Origin: Bacteroidales bacterium
GTDB lineage: Bacteria > Bacteroidota > Bacteroidia > Bacteroidales > CAIWKO01
Direction: 5' to 3'
Assembly: GCA_035389045.1 (NCBI GenBank)
Contig: DAOORA010000032.1
Span: 1-47,697 of the forward strand
Length of the DNA: 47,697 nucleotides
Positions 20,148-29,031 of the stretch are shown here, in pieces (the first letter of the stretch is position 1; every line of letters starts with the position of its first letter). The translations under genes were made by a program, and so were the position numbers. The notes beneath the pieces are model-generated. The model was given only the letters and a program-made list of their open reading frames with translations. It searched no databases and was not told where the DNA came from.

Positions 20148-21134
20148 ATGGTAAACCTTCGTACAAAATACATGGGGCTGGAACTGAAAAATCCGATTAT
20201 TGTAGCCAGTTCGGGCCTGACTAAAACCGTGGATAAAATAATAGAATTTGAATCAAAAGGTGCCGGTGCTGTTGTTTTAAAATCGTTGTTTGAAGAACAG
20301 ATAATGTTCGAAACCAACCACATCATGGATTATCCCGAATCATACAACAGTTATCCCGAAGCGCTGGATTATATAAGCAACTTCACTAAGCACAACTCCG
20401 TAGATGAATACCTTAAACTAATTCGTGATGCCAAAAAAGAGGTGAAAATACCTGTTTTTGGAAGTATTAATTGTGTTTCGCTGAACGAATGGACTTCTAT
20501 AGCGCGAGATATTGAAAAAGCCGGCGCTGACGCCCTGGAGCTTAATATTTTTATTATGCCCAGCGATCTCAACCTTACCGGTGCCGAACACGAAAAAATG
20601 TATTTTGACATCATCGAAAGAATTAAAAACACAATAAAAATACCTGTGGCCATCAAGGTGGGTTATTACTTCAGTGGTCTGGTAAACCTGTTACAAAAGT
20701 TTTCATGGACGGGTATTGGAGCTTTGGTGCTTTTTAACCGTTTTTACACCCCTGATATTAACATTGATACGTTACACCTTCAAGCTACCAATATTCTCAG
20801 CACTCCTGCCGAAATTGGCAACTCCCTGCGATGGATTGCCATGCTTTCCGATAAGGCAGGCTGCGACATTTCTGCTTCTACGGGCATACACGATGCCAGC
20901 GGTGTGATAAAACAACTGCTTGTCGGCGCCACTACTACGCAACTGTGTTCCACCCTGTACCTTAATGGTGCCGGTCGTATTCAGGAGATACTGGAAGACC
21001 TGACAAAATGGATGGAACATAAAAACTATAATCAAATAAGCGATTTCAGAGGCAAACTAAGTCTTAATAAGGCCGAGAACCCTGTTATGTACCACAGGGT
21101 ACAATATATGAAACATCTGTCAGATACCGATTAA
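20148..21134 (+). CDS. Dihydroorotate dehydrogenase-like FMN protein
   Basis: L.TKYMGLELKNPIIVASS, VLKSLFEEQI, LFNRFY.PDI, LRWIA. It lacks the SCPN catalytic Cys loop of class 1 DHODH. Confidence 0.88.
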   Translation: MVNLRTKYMGLELKNPIIVASSGLTKTVDKIIEFESKGAGAVVLKSLFEEQIMFETNHIMDYPESYNSYPEALDYISNFTKHNSVDEYLKLIRDAKKEVKIPVFGSINCVSLNEWTSIARDIEKAGADALELNIFIMPSDLNLTGAEHEKMYFDIIERIKNTIKIPVAIKVGYYFSGLVNLLQKFSWTGIGALVLFNRFYTPDINIDTLHLQATNILSTPAEIGNSLRWIAMLSDKAGCDISASTGIHDASGVIKQLLVGATTTQLCSTLYLNGAGRIQEILEDLTKWMEHKNYNQISDFRGKLSLNKAENPVMYHRVQYMKHLSDTD

Positions 21135-21161
21135 TTTGTTTAACATTTAATAATATACCAC

Positions 21162-22043
21162 GTGAATATTGTAATTATTTATGCTGTTATTACACTCAGC
21201 GTCATCGGGTTGCTGGCTGCAGTGATATTATTTTTCATTGCTCAGAAATTTAAAGTTATTGAAGACCCACGCATTGATGAAGTGGCTGCCTTGCTGCCCG
21301 GTGCCAACTGCGGTGGTTGCGGTTTTGCCGGATGCCGTAACCTTGCTGAAAATATTGTAAAAAAAGAATCCATTGACGGATACTTCTGTCCTCCCGGCGG
21401 TAATGCCACCATGAACACCATTGCTACTGTTTTTGGCCAGGTAGCTGAGGAAAAAGCCCCCAAAATAGCTGTGGTAAGATGCAATGGTACTAAAACCAAT
21501 GCGAAAGACAAAACGGTTTATGACGGACTTAATTCATGCTATTTTATACATAGTTTATATTCTGGTACAAATGGTTGCCCATACGGATGCTTAGGCGGAG
21601 GTGATTGCGTTGAATCCTGCCAGTTTGATGCCATGTATATGGACAAAGAAACAGGATTACCTGTAATTATTCAGGACAAATGCATAGCCTGCGGCGCCTG
21701 CGTGAAAGCTTGTCCCAGAGGAATTATTGAGCTTAGAAACAAAGGCAAGAAAGACCGCCGGATTTTTGTCAGTTGCATCAACAAAGAAAAAGGTGCGGTG
21801 GCAAAGAAAAACTGCGAAGTGGCATGCATTGGCTGCGGCAAATGTGTTAAGGAATGTAAATTTGAAGCCATCACTATGGAAAACAACCTTGCCTACATCA
21901 ACTTTGAGAAATGCACACTGTGCCGCAAATGTGTGGAATCATGTCCTACCGGCGCTATTTGGGAGGTGAATTTCCCGGAACGTAAAAAGAAAGAAGCAGA
22001 TGCTCCTGCCGCGGAAGTTGCGACTAATAAAAATGGAGGATAA
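21162..22043 (+). CDS. rnfB: Rnf electron transport complex subunit B (polyferredoxin)
   Basis: N-terminal TM helix, LPGANCGGCG.AGC and several CxxCxxCxxxC ferredoxin motifs. Confidence 0.95.
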   Translation: MNIVIIYAVITLSVIGLLAAVILFFIAQKFKVIEDPRIDEVAALLPGANCGGCGFAGCRNLAENIVKKESIDGYFCPPGGNATMNTIATVFGQVAEEKAPKIAVVRCNGTKTNAKDKTVYDGLNSCYFIHSLYSGTNGCPYGCLGGGDCVESCQFDAMYMDKETGLPVIIQDKCIACGACVKACPRGIIELRNKGKKDRRIFVSCINKEKGAVAKKNCEVACIGCGKCVKECKFEAITMENNLAYINFEKCTLCRKCVESCPTGAIWEVNFPERKKKEADAPAAEVATNKNGG

Positions 22044-22116
22044 AATGTTCAATATACAATGTTCAATATACAATGTTCAAAAAACAATATTCCATGAACA
22101 ATGTTCAATTGTTAAT
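22044..22116 (+). repeat. Left 7-bp-period degenerate tandem array (consensus AATNNNC)
   Basis: AATGTTC AATATAC AATGTTC AATATAC AATGTTC AAAAAAC AATATTC CATGAAC AATGTTC AATTGTT AAT, starting on the first base after the rnfB stop. Confidence 0.9.
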
Positions 22117-22146
22117 TGGGGGGAGGGGAGATAAAATTTTTTAATT

Positions 22147-22512
22147 ATGCAAACAAAATTTGATTTAGAAGACCGGTTGGTGGATTTTACTTGCAGAATG
22201 ATTGATATTGTTGAGGCATTACCAAGCACAAAAGCAGGAATTTACCTTGCAGGTCAGTTAATCAGAGCTTGTCATTCACCTGCTTTAAATTATGTAGAGA
22301 CTCAAGCGGCGGAATCCAAAGCCGATTTCATTCATAAACTGGGAATTGTTCTTAAAGAATTGAAAGAATGCAGAGTCATTTTAAAAATAGTTAAAAAAAA
22401 GGAAATTTTAAAGCCGGTTGGTCAACTATCAGAAATTTATAATGAAACGGAGGAGTTAATCGCAATTATTGGAAAAAGTATTAATACAGCAAAAAAGAAT
22501 AACAGTAAATAA
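22147..22512 (+). CDS. Four-helix-bundle protein (23S rRNA IVP / TIGR02436 / Avd-like family)
   Basis: DLEDRL..F, QLIR...SPALNY.E.Q.AES..DFIHKL.I.LKELKE, E.EELIAI...SI.TA. Confidence 0.9.
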   Translation: MQTKFDLEDRLVDFTCRMIDIVEALPSTKAGIYLAGQLIRACHSPALNYVETQAAESKADFIHKLGIVLKELKECRVILKIVKKKEILKPVGQLSEIYNETEELIAIIGKSINTAKKNNSK

Positions 22513-22545
22513 ATATTTTATCAGGTAATATATACGCCACTTCAG

Positions 22546-22609
22546 ATTAAAAATTGAAAATTGATAGTTGAGAATTGATTGTTGAGCATTGAAAATTGAA
22601 AATTATAAA
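22546..22609 (-). repeat. Right 7-bp-period degenerate tandem array, inverted relative to the left array
   Basis: + strand TTAAAAA TTGAAAA TTGATAG TTGAGAA TTGATTG TTGAGCA TTGAAAA TTGAAAA TTATAAA. The reverse complement reads AATTTTC AATTTTC AATGCTC AACAATC AATTCTC AACTATC AATTTTC AATTTTT AAT. Confidence 0.88.
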
Positions 22610-22636
22610 AAATAAAATATAAAGGAGGATTCATAT

Positions 22637-23965
22637 TTGAAAACTTTTAAAATAGGTGGTGTTCACCCGGAAGAAAACAAGATTTCTGCCGGTGCTGCAA
22701 TAAAAAGCCTGGCACTTCCGAAGACAGTTGTTATTCCGCTTTCCCAGAGTTTGGGAGCGCCCTCGGTTCCCGTTGTAAACAAAGGCGACAAGGTGCTCAC
22801 CGGGCAGCTCATAGCCCAGGGCAATTCGTTTATTTCTTCCAATATCCATTCGCCGGTATCGGGTACCGTGTCTAAAATTGACGACATGATGGATGCCAGC
22901 GGATACCGGCGCAAAGCCATTATCATCGATGCGGAAGGCGATGAATGGGTTGACACCATTGATAGAAGCCCGGAAATAAAGCCGGAGATGGCTCTTAGCA
23001 GGGAGGAAATCATTGCCAGGATAAAAAATGCCGGCATAGTTGGCCTGGGCGGAGCCACCTTTCCCACCCACGTAAAACTGATGGTCCCCGCAGGTAAAAA
23101 AGCAGAGTGCTTGATTATCAATGCTGTAGAATGTGAGCCTTACCTTACTTCCGACCACCGCATTATGCTGGAAAAAGGTGAAGAAGTGATGATAGGGATA
23201 AAAATTCTGATGAAAGCTCTCGCAGTTGACAAAGCGTATGTCGGTATCGAGAACAATAAGCCCGATGCCGTCGCACATCTGTCGAAACTGGCTGAAAAGC
23301 ACAAGGGGATAGAGGTGGCAGCTCTCAAGGTTAAATATCCGCAAGGCGGTGAAAAACAACTTATCAAGGCGCTTATTAACCGGGAGGTGCCTTCGGGAAA
23401 ACTTCCTATAGAGGTGGGTTGTGTGGTTCAGAATGTAGGGACGGCTTTTGCGGTGTATGAAGCCGTTCAGAAAAACAAACCCCTGATTGAACGCGTGGTA
23501 ACTGTTACGGGCAAAGCTGTGACAAACCCTTCAAATTTCATGGTTAGGATCGGCACACCTGTTTCGGCACTGCTCGAAGAAGCCGGCGGAATGCCCGGGA
23601 ACACGGGTAAGATCATCAACGGCGGCCCTATGATGGGTAAAGCCGTGAACTCCACGGAGATACCTGTTGTGAAAGGTATGTCGGGCCTGGTGCTGATGCC
23701 CGGAAATGAAGCCAGACGCATGACAGTGTCTAATTGCATCCGTTGTGCCAAATGCGTGAGCGCCTGCCCCATGGGTCTGGCTCCATACCTGATTGCACAA
23801 ACTTCAGAGATAGGAAAAGAAGAAATGGCCGAAGATTTAAGGGTTCTCGACTGCATCGAATGCGGTTCCTGCAGTTTTACCTGCCCCTCAGGTCGGCCAC
23901 TGCTGGAAAATATCCGCATGGCAAAAACTAAAGTAGGACAAATTATCAGATCACGAGCAAAATAA
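22637..23965 (+). CDS. rnfC: Rnf complex subunit C (NADH/FMN-binding)
   Basis: GGVHP, GIVGLGGATFPT, INAVECEPYLT.D, KYPQGGEKQLI, GGPMMG and two 4Fe-4S motifs. TTG start after AAAGGAGG. Confidence 0.96.
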   Translation: MKTFKIGGVHPEENKISAGAAIKSLALPKTVVIPLSQSLGAPSVPVVNKGDKVLTGQLIAQGNSFISSNIHSPVSGTVSKIDDMMDASGYRRKAIIIDAEGDEWVDTIDRSPEIKPEMALSREEIIARIKNAGIVGLGGATFPTHVKLMVPAGKKAECLIINAVECEPYLTSDHRIMLEKGEEVMIGIKILMKALAVDKAYVGIENNKPDAVAHLSKLAEKHKGIEVAALKVKYPQGGEKQLIKALINREVPSGKLPIEVGCVVQNVGTAFAVYEAVQKNKPLIERVVTVTGKAVTNPSNFMVRIGTPVSALLEEAGGMPGNTGKIINGGPMMGKAVNSTEIPVVKGMSGLVLMPGNEARRMTVSNCIRCAKCVSACPMGLAPYLIAQTSEIGKEEMAEDLRVLDCIECGSCSFTCPSGRPLLENIRMAKTKVGQIIRSRAK

Positions 23966-23974
23966 TATTTATTT

Positions 23975-24976
23975 ATGGCAAATTTATTAACTGTTTCAGG
24001 TTCACCGCATGTACATGGCGACCAAACCGTCAGAAGAATTATGTGGGGGGTGGTCATCGCACTGATACCAGCCATGCTGGTTTCGTTCTGGTATTTCGGT
24101 ATCGGTGCTTTGCTGCTTACGGCTGTCGCTGTGTTTACATGCCTGGTGGTAGAGTTTCTTATTCAGAAGTTTCTGTTAAAAGAACCCCCCAGCATCAACG
24201 ACGGGTCGGCTGTTATCACAGGTATCCTGTTGGCGCTTAATGTGCCCAGCAACCTGCCGGTGTGGATGATTATTGTTGGCGCTGTCGTGGCTATCGGCGT
24301 GGCCAAAATGACCTTTGGCGGGCTGGGCAAAAACCCTTTTAATCCCGCCCTGGTAGGACGTGTGTTTATGTTGATCTCTTTTCCGGTGGATATGACCTCA
24401 TGGCCCACACCATTAGTAAACCGGACCGTGCTGGTGGATGCCATCACCGGGCCTACCAGCCTTGGCATTGTTAAGGAAGGCCTGGCCAAGGGCGACAGCA
24501 TGAGCGATATCATGACTCAGGTACCTTCTTATGCCGAAATGCTGCTGGGCAATATGGGCGGGTCGCTGGGAGAAGTGTCTGCCATAGCCCTGATACTAGG
24601 CGGATTGTTTATGCTTGTACGCAGGATTATTACCTGGCATATCCCGCTAACTTATATTGGTACTGTATTTTTGTTTACCGGCGCTTTGTACCTCATTGAT
24701 CCGACACACTACATCGACCCTGTGTTTCATTTGTTAGCCGGCGGACTCATGCTGGGAGCTATTTTTATGGCTACCGATATGGTTACTTCCCCAATGACAA
24801 AATCAGGCATGGTGGTCTTTGGTATTGGCTGCGGACTGCTCACGGTACTCATCAGGGTATGGGGAGCTTATCCCGAAGGAGTATCGTTTGCAATTTTAAT
24901 AATGAATGCTTTAGTTCCTTTAATTAATAAAGGTTTTAAACCAAAAAAATTCGGGGAGGTAGTAAAAAATGGCTAA
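23975..24976 (+). CDS. rnfD: Rnf complex subunit D
   Basis: SPHVH, FGGLGKNPFNPALVGR, GSLGEVS, FMATD.VTSP, YPEGVSFAILIMN. Confidence 0.96.
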   Translation: MANLLTVSGSPHVHGDQTVRRIMWGVVIALIPAMLVSFWYFGIGALLLTAVAVFTCLVVEFLIQKFLLKEPPSINDGSAVITGILLALNVPSNLPVWMIIVGAVVAIGVAKMTFGGLGKNPFNPALVGRVFMLISFPVDMTSWPTPLVNRTVLVDAITGPTSLGIVKEGLAKGDSMSDIMTQVPSYAEMLLGNMGGSLGEVSAIALILGGLFMLVRRIITWHIPLTYIGTVFLFTGALYLIDPTHYIDPVFHLLAGGLMLGAIFMATDMVTSPMTKSGMVVFGIGCGLLTVLIRVWGAYPEGVSFAILIMNALVPLINKGFKPKKFGEVVKNG

Positions 24977-25544
24977 ACTGGAATCATCGCTTAAAAACAT
25001 GATATTGTGCCTGTTTCTGATATCCATGGTGATGTCGGCGGCATTAGGTCTGGTATATAACGTGACCAAAGGACCTATTGAGTTATCTTCCAAAAAAGCT
25101 GAGATCGATGCATTGAAAGTCGTGCTTCCGGAATTTGATAACGACCCGACAAAAGATACCAGAGAAATAGATGGCCTGACCTATTATACCGGAACAAAAT
25201 CGGGTCAAGTGGTAGGATATGCTGTAAAAACCTTTACCGATAAAGGATTTAGCGGCAGGTTCGACCTCATGGTAGGTTTGCTGCCCGACGGCACTATCAA
25301 TAACATTGCCGTGTTGAGCCAAAAAGAAACCCCGGGCTTAGGCGACAAAATGAAAACCAACTGGAAAGACCAGTTTAAAGGTAAAAATCCTGAAAGTTTC
25401 AAATTATCGGTTAAAAAAGACGGCGGTGACGTGGATGCTATCACAGCCTCTACAATAACTTCACGGGCTTTCTGTGATGCCACGCAGAAAGCCTGCGACG
25501 GTTATAATAAGAATTTCTCTAAAAATGAAGGAGGTAAACCATGA
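24969..25544 (+). CDS. rnfG: Rnf complex subunit G
   Basis: ETPGLG and VKKDGGDVDAITASTITS (FMN-attachment region). Confidence 0.94.
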   Translation: MAKLESSLKNMILCLFLISMVMSAALGLVYNVTKGPIELSSKKAEIDALKVVLPEFDNDPTKDTREIDGLTYYTGTKSGQVVGYAVKTFTDKGFSGRFDLMVGLLPDGTINNIAVLSQKETPGLGDKMKTNWKDQFKGKNPESFKLSVKKDGGDVDAITASTITSRAFCDATQKACDGYNKNFSKNEGGKP

Positions 25545-26131
25545 GCAATATAAAATACTTAACCAATGGTATCATCAGGGAAAACCCGACATTTATTTTG
25601 GTGTTGGGGACCTGTCCCACGTTGGCTGTCACCACAGCAGCATTCAATGGAATAGGTATGGGGGCTGCCACTACATTTGTATTGGTGTTTTCCAATCTTT
25701 TTATTGCGTTGCTGAAAAATCTCATTCCCGATAAAGTACGGATTGCCGCATTCATTGTCATCATTGCCACTTTTGTTACTATTGTCGATCTGGTAATGAA
25801 GGCATATACACCTGAACTTTATCAGACATTAGGAATATTTATTCCGCTGATTGTTGTAAACTGTATCATTCTGGGACGAGCAGAAGCCTTTGCCCAAAAA
25901 AACAAGGTCTTCCCGGCTATTCTCGATGGTATTGGCATGGGGATAGGATTTACTTTGGCTATTACTATTATGGGAGCTATCAGAGAGTTGCTGGGTAACG
26001 GATCCATATTTGATGTGAAACTGGTTAGTGAAAATGCCAAAACTATACTTCTTTTTATTCTTCCTCCTGGTGCTTTTATAACCTATGGATATCTTATTGC
26101 ACTTTTTAACAGAGTAAGAGCTAAATCATAA
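25541..26131 (+). CDS. rnfE: Rnf complex subunit E
   Basis: ENP...LGTCPTLAVT, LGIFIPLIVVNCIILGRAE, LPPGAF. Confidence 0.96.
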   Translation: MSNIKYLTNGIIRENPTFILVLGTCPTLAVTTAAFNGIGMGAATTFVLVFSNLFIALLKNLIPDKVRIAAFIVIIATFVTIVDLVMKAYTPELYQTLGIFIPLIVVNCIILGRAEAFAQKNKVFPAILDGIGMGIGFTLAITIMGAIRELLGNGSIFDVKLVSENAKTILLFILPPGAFITYGYLIALFNRVRAKS

Positions 26132-26143
26132 AATGTTATAACT

Positions 26144-26719
26144 ATGGAATTCATTAAAATTATAATTTTAGCACTCATTGTCAATAATGTGGTGCTTGCC
26201 CAGTTCCTCGGAATATGTCCTTTTCTGGGGGTTTCTAACAAAGTATCCACTTCGATTGGTATGGGAGCCGCCGTGGTCTTTGTCATGGCACTTGCCAATT
26301 TGGTTACCTATTTCATTCATTATTATATCCTGGTCCCGCTGAATATTGAATTTATGCAGACCATTTCATTTATTTTTATCATTGCCTTTCTGGTGCAAAT
26401 TGTTGAAATTATCCTGAAAAAATCAGCACCCAGTCTGTATCAGGCACTGGGTATTTATCTTCCACTGATTACCACCAACTGTGCCGTGCTTGGTATAGCA
26501 ATACTTGCTGTGCAGAAAGATTACAACCTGATTGAAAGTGTGGTTTATGCTGCTGCTACAGCTGTGGGATTTACCTTAGCTCTAATCCTTATGGCCGGGA
26601 TCCGTGAACAAATGGAAATGACCAAAGTACCAAAAGGCATGAGAGGATTCCCAATTTCTTTGGTAACAGCCGGATTGTTATCCCTCGCCTTCATGGGCTT
26701 TTCCGGACTAATTAAATAA
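26144..26719 (+). CDS. rnfA: Rnf complex subunit A
   Basis: NNVVLAQFLGICPFLGVS, LGIYLPLITTNCAVLG, LAFMGF. Confidence 0.96.
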   Translation: MEFIKIIILALIVNNVVLAQFLGICPFLGVSNKVSTSIGMGAAVVFVMALANLVTYFIHYYILVPLNIEFMQTISFIFIIAFLVQIVEIILKKSAPSLYQALGIYLPLITTNCAVLGIAILAVQKDYNLIESVVYAAATAVGFTLALILMAGIREQMEMTKVPKGMRGFPISLVTAGLLSLAFMGFSGLIK

Positions 26720-26968
26720 GGCTGTAAAAGTGATTATTAACTTTATTTTAAAGTAGGTCTGATCTGATTATTTATGTGTTTGTTTTAGGCGCATCTGTTT
26801 TAAATATTGAACACTGATTAACCGTTATGTTTTTTATTTTTACTTTGAAAAAAACTCACTACGACACATTTTATAATACTGTTTTATATAAAAGGTTTTA
26901 TTAATTAACGATTTCTGTGAAATTAAACATTATGCATTAAATATTTATAAATCCTAAAAAAGAACCTT

Positions 26969-28372
26969 ATGACAAAAAAAATTATTAAATGGCTGTTTCT
27001 TTTCGTTGCGATTATCGCTCCTGTGTGGGCCTTCGCCGAAGGTGGCTCCACCGGTCCGTCCATTTCGGGGATACGCATCGAGTTTATTTTGTTTGCACTG
27101 ACTCTTATCGGGGTGGCTCTGTTTCACAAACAGACCTTCTGGGTTGCCATTACCGGTCTTTCGGTAATCATCCTTTACAAAATTATTTTTATTTCAGGTT
27201 ATCCTTTTGTTGAGCATTTTTTTGGTGAGAACTCGTTCATCGACCAGTTGTCAGATAAAAGTATGAGGCAGGGAGAATGGGGAATCCTGCTCAACTTGCT
27301 GGGTCTGCTGCTCGGTTTTGCCATACTTGCAAAAATATTCGAAGAATCAGGCGTACCTGATATCCTTCCTAAATACCTTCCCAATGACTGGAAAGGGCCA
27401 TTTGTGCTGCTGGTTTTCGTTTTTATCCTTTCATCATTCCTTGATAATATTGCTGCTGCTATGATAGGTGGAACTATCGCCCTTGTAGTCTTCAAAAACA
27501 AGGTGCATATCGGATATATTGCGGGTATTGTGGCTGCCAGCAATGCCGGAGGTTCCGGCAGTGTGGTGGGCGATACCACCACCACCATGATGTGGATTGA
27601 CGGCGTTTCTGCTTTCAATGTATTGCATGCCTATGTGGCTGCATTTGTTGCCCTGATCATTATTGCGTGGTTTGCCGCACACCAGCAGGACAAATTTGAG
27701 CGTATCACCAGTGATGCCAAACCCGGCGTAAAAATCGACTGGGTTAGACTGCTCATCGTGCTTTTAATTTTAGTCGGAGCCATACTATCTAATATTTATT
27801 ATGACATGCCTGCTCTGGGTGTCTGGATTGCCATTGTTATTGGCGCATTTTTGCGTAAAATGCCCTGGCACGAAATTGGGGCTTCCATCAAAGGGTCAAT
27901 ATTCCTGCTGTGCCTGGTAACGGCGGCATCGCTGATGCCTGTCGAAACACTGCCTTCTGCTTCGTGGATGACGGCCTTTATCCTTGGCTTTGTTTCTGCT
28001 GTCTTCGACAACATCCCGCTCACAAAGCTTTGCCTCGACCAGGGTCATTACGATTGGGGTATGCTGGCTTATACTGTAGGTTTCGGCGGCTCCATGGTTT
28101 GGTTCGGCTCATCTGCGGGTGTGGCTATCACTAACAAATTTCAAGATGCACGCAATGTGGGCCTGTGGGTGCGTAAAGGATGGCACGTCATGCTTGCTTA
28201 TATCGCAGGATTCTTTGTTTTATATTTAGTGATGGGATGGGAGCCTGCCGATAATAAACAACACAAAGAACCACCTGTCGACTGCCAGGCAGAAGAATGT
28301 AAACTAAGAGATGAAGCAAAGGCTCTTCAGCTTATGGAAACGCTTAAAACTGACACAACAGCTATTAATTAA
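26969..28372 (+). CDS. Ion-transporter superfamily permease (NhaD/ArsB/CitMHS-like), paralog 1
   Basis: LSSFLDNIAAA, ASNAGGSGSVVGDTTTTMMW, SAVFDNIP, GFGGSM.WFGSSAGVA. Confidence 0.85.
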   Translation: MTKKIIKWLFLFVAIIAPVWAFAEGGSTGPSISGIRIEFILFALTLIGVALFHKQTFWVAITGLSVIILYKIIFISGYPFVEHFFGENSFIDQLSDKSMRQGEWGILLNLLGLLLGFAILAKIFEESGVPDILPKYLPNDWKGPFVLLVFVFILSSFLDNIAAAMIGGTIALVVFKNKVHIGYIAGIVAASNAGGSGSVVGDTTTTMMWIDGVSAFNVLHAYVAAFVALIIIAWFAAHQQDKFERITSDAKPGVKIDWVRLLIVLLILVGAILSNIYYDMPALGVWIAIVIGAFLRKMPWHEIGASIKGSIFLLCLVTAASLMPVETLPSASWMTAFILGFVSAVFDNIPLTKLCLDQGHYDWGMLAYTVGFGGSMVWFGSSAGVAITNKFQDARNVGLWVRKGWHVMLAYIAGFFVLYLVMGWEPADNKQHKEPPVDCQAEECKLRDEAKALQLMETLKTDTTAIN

Positions 28373-28389
28373 ATTAAAACGGATGAATC

Positions 28390-28451
28390 AGGGGCTGTTT
28401 CAAAATCAATTTGCGCCTGTATGCTGACCAAATTTTGAAACAGCCTCTTTT
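28390..28451 (+). terminator. Long inverted repeat, likely intrinsic terminator / MITE-like
   Basis: AGGGGCTGTTTCAAAAT ... ATTTTGAAACAGCCTCT followed by TTT, just after the paralog 1 stop. Confidence 0.6.
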
Positions 28452-28467
28452 GAATAATTTGTATAAT

Positions 28468-28902
28468 ATGCTGAGCGGAAATTGTAATGTGTTAAAATTC
28501 AAATACATATGTGTTTTTGTATTTGTGTGGATAATGCTGGTTTTTCTGCAAAGTATATACAGAAATCATGTAGGTGTTGGCAGGGAAGGCACTGAAGAGA
28601 AATCAGGCCTTGTTACTACAGACAAACCAACCGCTGCTGACGGCCAATGTCAGGATTCTTCTCATCCCATATCCATTGTTACTGCCCAAAAGCCTCTTGA
28701 TAATTATCCCGGAAAAGAAAGTCTTAAAGACATTCATAACAGTAAAATTGAATCCACTTCATCCGGGTCAACAGATAAGAAATTTATTAAAATCCTCAAT
28801 TTGGTTGCTGAAACTCAGTCGACATTGGCAACCTGGTCTCTGCCTCCTCCCGGCACTTATTCCTGTAGCGGAATAATAAAAATGCATATTTTAAGGATTT
28901 GA
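28468..28902 (+). CDS. Hypothetical protein with N-terminal TM segment and C-terminal ...HILRI (possible leader ORF)
   Basis: Open frame with a hydrophobic N-terminal segment and a polar linker. The start is uncertain: TTG 28411 lies within the IR, so ATG 28468 is preferred. Confidence 0.5.
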   Translation: MLSGNCNVLKFKYICVFVFVWIMLVFLQSIYRNHVGVGREGTEEKSGLVTTDKPTAADGQCQDSSHPISIVTAQKPLDNYPGKESLKDIHNSKIESTSSGSTDKKFIKILNLVAETQSTLATWSLPPPGTYSCSGIIKMHILRI

Positions 28903-29031
28903 AATAATTTACCGTAAGTATTCTGCCAGGTCTTTTGCTCTGGCAAGGCTTATCCATGCGATTAATGTAGTAAAAGCACTGCATTAAGAATTTTTAATTA
29001 TTTCAAAAACATCTTTATAAAGACTAAAATT

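Noticed and set aside
20148..21134. Calling the gene pyrD
   Set aside because: The catalytic Cys loop is absent and there is no pyrK or pyr context.
22044..22116. CRISPR array or simple phase-variable microsatellite
   Set aside because: The units are 7 bp with no spacers and no cas genes are present. They are degenerate and mirrored on the other side of the gene, unlike a pure slippage tract.
22147..22512. Diversity-generating retroelement suggested by the Avd-like protein
   Set aside because: No DGR reverse transcriptase or TR/VR repeat pair with adenine-specific mismatches was seen. The only RT-related sequence is the distant group II intron fragment.
22631..24513. Long antisense ORFs over rnfC/rnfD, and similar shadow ORFs over gdh, the transporters and the GTs
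   Set aside because: They overlap well-supported genes on the other strand or frame and have no recognisable motifs.
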